NCBI GenBank assembly: GCA_963813245.1
Contig: CAWEYE010000006.1
Span: 42,815-106,814, forward strand
Length of the DNA stretch: 64,000 bases
DNA from: an uncultured Actinomycetes bacterium
GTDB taxonomy: Bacteria > Actinomycetota > Thermoleophilia > Gaiellales > JAICJC01
Direction of reading: 5' to 3'
Positions 59,110 to 64,000 of this stretch are shown piece by piece. Position 1 is the first letter of the stretch, and each line of letters starts with the position of its first letter. The translations under genes and the position numbers were made by a program. Below the pieces are notes generated by a model. The model searched no databases. It was given only the letters and a program-made list of their open reading frames with translations, and was not told the origin of the DNA.

Positions 59110-59916
59110 ATGCGCCGCTTGCCACTCGTGCTCACGCTCGCCCTGGCGGCCGCCGCCGTATCGGCGGTGCGCACCGCGCCGGCGCGGGCGTCCTGCGCCG
59201 CCGTCATCGTCTGGCACGACGCCCCCTATTTCGCCTACGCGACGTCGGGGCCGCGGCCGCACCCGGTGCCGGGGCCGCGCGTCCGGGGAGCGGTCCAGCC
59301 CGGCTGCAACGACACGGGTGGCGGCCCGGGCCCGCCGACCCCGGTCGGCGCGCGGTCGATCGCGGGCGTGCCGCCGCAGGTGGCGCTGCTCTGGAGCGGC
59401 GGGGTCTACGTGCCCGTCGGCGAGTTCCCGCAGATGCGCGAGTTCCCGATCCGGTTCGGGCTCGTCGAGGACGAGACGCGGACGTGCCGCGTGACGGCGC
59501 GCATGACCCTATCCGGGCATGCCCTGCCCGGGGTGGGGGACGTCAGCCTCGCCGACGTGCGGTCGAGCTGGCCCGTGCGGCTCTTCGACCACCGGCTGTT
59601 CGTGTTCGTCGACGTGCACACCCGATTTGCCGGGCTCGCCCGCAACGGCCTGCCGTTCGTCGGCTGGGGCCAGGCGCTGCGGGTCCATGCCGTCCGCTGC
59701 GGGCACATGATCGTCGCCACCCGTGTCGTACCCGCAGGGCCGATCGTTGCGGCGGCCACTGTGGAGGACGTGTTGGGGCCGCACTGGCGCGGTGGCCCCG
59801 GCCTCGTGGCGGACCTCCACGACCGGACGACGCTCGCCGCTGTGGCGATCGTCGCTGCCGGGGTGGCGGTGGTGATCGTCGTGCGCCGGCGGCGTCGGGC
59901 TGCGGAGCGCCGCTAA
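59110..59916 (+). CDS. Hypothetical secreted protein with C-terminal membrane anchor
   Basis: ATG 59110 gives the C-terminal 268 aa of shadow ORF 57124..59916. Signal peptide MRRLPLVLTLALAAAAVSAVRTAPARA and C-terminal TTLAAVAIVAAGVAVVIVVRRRRR. No family recognised. It sits where rapZ is normally found. Confidence 0.5.
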   Translation: MRRLPLVLTLALAAAAVSAVRTAPARASCAAVIVWHDAPYFAYATSGPRPHPVPGPRVRGAVQPGCNDTGGGPGPPTPVGARSIAGVPPQVALLWSGGVYVPVGEFPQMREFPIRFGLVEDETRTCRVTARMTLSGHALPGVGDVSLADVRSSWPVRLFDHRLFVFVDVHTRFAGLARNGLPFVGWGQALRVHAVRCGHMIVATRVVPAGPIVAAATVEDVLGPHWRGGPGLVADLHDRTTLAAVAIVAAGVAVVIVVRRRRRAAERR

Positions 59917-59925
59917 CCTCACCGC

Positions 59926-60897
59926 GTGACGCTGAGCTCCGAGCAGCCCGCCGACTGGCCGGTCGCGAGTTACCGCAGACGCGGCGTCCGCGTCGTCTGC
60001 CTGGGGGGCGGCACCGGCCTCAGCATGATCCTGCGTGGCCTCAAGCGCGTCGCGGAGGTGACGGCGGTCGTCACCACGACCGACGACGGCGGGTCGAGCG
60101 GCAGGCTGCGGCGCGACTTCGCCATGCCGGCGCCCGGCGACGTGCGCAGCTGCCTGGCGGCGCTCGCCGAGGACGAGTCGCTGGTCGGCCAGCTGTTCCA
60201 GCACCGGTTCACGACCGGCGAGCTGGCCGGCCACAGCTTCGGGAACCTGTTCCTGGCCGGGCTCACCGACCTGCTCGGGAGCTTCGACCGCGCGGTGTCG
60301 GAGTCCGCCCGCGTGCTCGCGGTCGCGGGCCGGGTGGTGCCGAGCACCGTCGACATGGTCGAGCTGGTGGCCCGGTTCGCGGACGGCCGCGAGGTGCACG
60401 GCGAGACGGCGCTCGCCGCCGACGGGGCGCAGTGCCAGCGCGTGCGGCTCGACCCTCCCAACCCGTCGGCGCACCCTCGCGCCCTGCAGGCCATCGAACG
60501 GGCCGAGGCGATCGTGATGGGCCCGGGGAGCCTGTTCACGAGCACGCTGCCGCCGCTGCTCGTCCCCGGGATCGCCGACGCCGTCCGGGCGGCGGACGTG
60601 CCCCGCATCTACGTGTGCAACCTGCTCCAGCAGCCCGGTGAGACCGAGGGCTACCGCGCGTCCGACCACGTCGCGCGCATCATCGACCATGTCGGGCTCG
60701 GCCTTGTCGACACGGTCGTCGTCAGCCGCAACCGGGCCGAATTCGGGACGCCCGTGCCGGTCGACCGCGGCGGCCTGCGCCGGCTGGGGATGCAGGTCGT
60801 GGGCGGCCGCCTCGCCGGCGAGTGGCAGCACGATCCCGACCGGCTGGCCCGGCTCCTGGTGCGGCTCGCCCGGAGGGGACGGCCGGTACCGGCGTGA
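59926..60897 (+). CDS. yvcK: YvcK/CuvA family gluconeogenesis factor (UPF0052, CofD-like)
   Basis: ORF 59926..60897 (GTG). VVCLGGGTGLSMILRGLK, TTTDDGGSSGRLR, GHSFGNLFLAG, GPGSLFTS. Confidence 0.88.
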   Translation: MTLSSEQPADWPVASYRRRGVRVVCLGGGTGLSMILRGLKRVAEVTAVVTTTDDGGSSGRLRRDFAMPAPGDVRSCLAALAEDESLVGQLFQHRFTTGELAGHSFGNLFLAGLTDLLGSFDRAVSESARVLAVAGRVVPSTVDMVELVARFADGREVHGETALAADGAQCQRVRLDPPNPSAHPRALQAIERAEAIVMGPGSLFTSTLPPLLVPGIADAVRAADVPRIYVCNLLQQPGETEGYRASDHVARIIDHVGLGLVDTVVVSRNRAEFGTPVPVDRGGLRRLGMQVVGGRLAGEWQHDPDRLARLLVRLARRGRPVPA

Positions 60898-61853
60898 GTG
60901 CCCGGTCGGCGTTCGGCGAGGTCGTGCGGCGCGAGCTGACCGAGCGGCCGCCGCGCCGCCGGTGCTGCAGCGGAGCGCTGCTGTGCGGGATCTTCCGCCA
61001 CGCCGGCACGTTCGAGCTCTCCGGCGAAGGCGTGGCGGTGCGGGCCGAGCTGGGCGACGCCGCGGCGGCCCGGCTGGCATTCCGGCTCGTGCGCGACCTG
61101 GGCGGCGACGGCCAGCTGGTGTCGTTCCGCGAGCCCCGCTTCGCCCGCGGCACGCGCGTGCTGCTGCGCCTGCACGGCGACCGCAGCCTGCAGCTCCTGC
61201 ACGAGGTCGGCGTCCTTTCGACCGCGCTCGGTCCGCTGGCCGAGCCGCCCCGGCGGATGCTGCAGCGGCGCTGCTGCCGGGCGGCCTACCTGCGGGGCGC
61301 GTTCGTGGCGGCGGGCTCGGTGTCGGCGCCGCGCGCCGCCGGGCATCTCGAGATCCGCGCCCCGGAGCCGGAGGGGGCCGAGCTGGTGCGTCGCGTGGCC
61401 CGGGCCGATGGGCTCGTGCTGCAGGTGGGCGTCCGCCGGGGGCACGCCGTCGCCTACGCCAAGAGCAAGCAGACCATCCGCGAGCTCCTGGCCCACATGG
61501 GCGCCCACGACGCGGTGCTGAGCGTCGACGAGGCCGAGGTGATCAGCCGCACCCGCGAGCGCGCCAACCGGGCGACGAACTGCGATGAGGCCAACCTGGC
61601 CCGGCAGGGCAGCGCGGCCCGAGCGCAGACCGAGGCGATCGCCGCGCTCGACATCGACGTCCTGGGTGCCGGCCTGCGCCAGGTCGCGGAGCTGCGCGTC
61701 GCCCACCCCGACCTTTCGCTGGCCCAGCTCGGCCGGCTTGCCCGGCCGCCGCTCTCGAAGTCGACGGTCGCGGGCCGGATGCGCCTGCTCGTGAGCGCGG
61801 CCGGGGCCGCGGCTATGCCGGGCGGCGGCCGACGATCAGGTGGTTCCAGCTGA
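60894..61853 (+). CDS. whiA: DNA-binding sporulation/cell-division regulator WhiA
   Basis: GTG 60894 overlaps the yvcK stop (GTGA). LAGLIDADG-derived domains (CCRAAYLRGAFVAAGSVS) and a C-terminal HTH (LAQLGRLARPPLSKSTVAGRMRLL). The 3' end overlaps the convergent methyltransferase gene by 41 nt. Confidence 0.9.
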   Translation: MSARSAFGEVVRRELTERPPRRRCCSGALLCGIFRHAGTFELSGEGVAVRAELGDAAAARLAFRLVRDLGGDGQLVSFREPRFARGTRVLLRLHGDRSLQLLHEVGVLSTALGPLAEPPRRMLQRRCCRAAYLRGAFVAAGSVSAPRAAGHLEIRAPEPEGAELVRRVARADGLVLQVGVRRGHAVAYAKSKQTIRELLAHMGAHDAVLSVDEAEVISRTRERANRATNCDEANLARQGSAARAQTEAIAALDIDVLGAGLRQVAELRVAHPDLSLAQLGRLARPPLSKSTVAGRMRLLVSAAGAAAMPGGGRRSGGSS

Positions 61854-62481
61854 ACTTGGGCTGGTTGTCGACCCGCTCCCAGCGCTGTGCCAGCCACTGC
61901 ACCGACCGGCACGTCACGTCGACGGCCGGCGCCGACCACGGCCGCCGGTAGCGCTGCAGGCCGTAGCTCACCTCGATGGCGACGGTCGACCAGAGGCCGC
62001 CCAGCGGCCGCAGCTCGACGACCTCGAAGCCCGCGCCTTCGAACAGGTACCGCAGCCCCTGGGGCGTGTAGCGGTAAAAGTCGCGGGCGTCGTGGACCGG
62101 CCAGAAGAGCGGGGTGGTGGCGATGATGTGCCCTCCCGGCTCGAGCAGGCGGAAGCACTCGGCCAGGGCGTCCGCGGGCCGTTCCAGGTGCTCCAGCACC
62201 TCGGTCAGAAGCACCGTCTGGGCGCCGGCGTCCGGGAGCGGGATGTCATACGCCGTCGCGACGACGTCGACCGCCGGGCCGCCAGGGCTGTCCTTGTCGA
62301 CATGGTCGACGCACACATGCTCGCTCACGTGCGGGGCGAAGATCGGCTGCCAGGGCTTGCGCCCGCCGCCGACGTCGATCAGGCGGCCCTGGGCGTAGCG
62401 GCCGGCCGCGGCGCGCAGCGCGGCCTCGAATGTCCGGTACACCAGCCGGTTCTTGGCGCTCTCGTTGGGATGCCGGAACAT
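61813..62481 (-). CDS. Class I SAM-dependent methyltransferase
   Basis: ORF 61813..62481, 222 aa. Motif I LIDVGGG. Post-I/II VLLTEVLEHLERP...LLEPGGHII. Confidence 0.85.
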   Translation of the reverse strand: MFRHPNESAKNRLVYRTFEAALRAAAGRYAQGRLIDVGGGRKPWQPIFAPHVSEHVCVDHVDKDSPGGPAVDVVATAYDIPLPDAGAQTVLLTEVLEHLERPADALAECFRLLEPGGHIIATTPLFWPVHDARDFYRYTPQGLRYLFEGAGFEVVELRPLGGLWSTVAIEVSYGLQRYRRPWSAPAVDVTCRSVQWLAQRWERVDNQPKFSWNHLIVGRRPA

Positions 62482-62617
62482 CGGGCGGGCACCCTACCAC
62501 CCGGCGGCGGCGGCCCACGTCGAGGACCCCATGAAGGTTCTCTAACAGTTTCCTCATAAATTCACCCGTTCGGGGGTCGCTCGAATTCGGGGCCGACCCG
62601 AGAATGGAGAAGGTGTT

Positions 62618-62692
62618 CGCGGGTGACCGGCATCCCCCGCGCGACGGATCCAGACCCCATCTGACGCTGCCCGATTCTGCCGGTCACCCGCG
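62618..62692 (+). promoter_or_regulatory. 14-nt perfect inverted repeat (47-nt spacer) in the 311-nt gap leader region
   Basis: CGCGGGTGACCGGC (62618-62631) and GCCGGTCACCCGCG (62679-62692). A GGCGCC-TTC-GGCGCC mini-hairpin (~62712-62726) and a TAGTAT -10-like box (62752-62757) lie downstream. Confidence 0.35.
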
Positions 62693-62783
62693 ATAACTCC
62701 CTCTCTCCCAGGGCGCCTTCGGCGCCGACCGGACGGACGCCGCGCCGGGGCTAGTATGTCCCCGTTTGGGCGAAATCCACTGA

Positions 62784-64000
<1,217 letters not shown>

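Noticed and set aside
62604-62696. 30-codon upstream ORF (MEKVFAGDRHPPRDGSRPHLTLPDSAGHPR) spanning both arms of the gap-leader inverted repeat
   Set aside because: G/C at the third codon position is only about two-thirds, far below genuine genes here, and there is no Shine-Dalgarno. An RNA or DNA structural role for the repeat is more plausible.

Overview
Very GC-rich 64-kb chromosomal segment (by eye about 70 % G+C, with third codon positions almost all G/C). It is densely packed with housekeeping and metabolic genes. The gene order uvrC-(x)-yvcK-whiA-(x)-gap-pgk, four F420-type luciferase-like (LLM) oxidoreductase genes or remnants, a CGNR zinc-finger gene and Flp/TadE-like genes suggest Actinomycetota, possibly a motile deep-branching lineage; this is inference only. 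I call about 70 protein-coding genes or pseudogenes, tmRNA (ssrA, 10619-10969) with smpB 6 kb upstream, and one tRNA-Leu(CAG). I also call several long perfect stem-loops, two copies of a REP-like 13-7-13 hairpin, and a few promoter/operator candidates. I saw no rRNA, CRISPR array, transposase, integrase or obvious prophage or defence island. Many long ORFs in the supplied track are out-of-frame or antisense shadows (Arg/Pro/Gly-rich translations), which is typical of high-GC DNA. The most striking sequence-level observation is at least nine single-nucleotide frame disruptions in seven otherwise conserved genes: a CrtI-like oxidoreductase, a chemoreceptor (two), a USP-like gene, an aminotransferase, an APC permease (three) and an esterase. 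A beta-carbonic anhydrase may carry a tenth. There is also a collapsed LLM gene remnant. This means either an indel-error-prone assembly or real gene decay, and no fusion or truncation claim here is safe until that is resolved. The best candidates for unusual biology are four. (1) An orphan three-gene pseudopilin module whose last gene fuses a TadG-like N-terminus to an NlpC/P60 peptidase and a polytopic membrane domain (54144-56589). (2) A translationally coupled pair of secreted or anchored repeat proteins (FN3-like and choice-of-anchor-D-like, 13664-16686) next to a TolB-like propeller. (3) A LolA-like protein with an ABC exporter in a presumed monoderm (41812-44680). (4) A csp-infA-sORF-dksA-like-DUF2630 array (26479-27935). 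None of these is demonstrably a new system from sequence alone.
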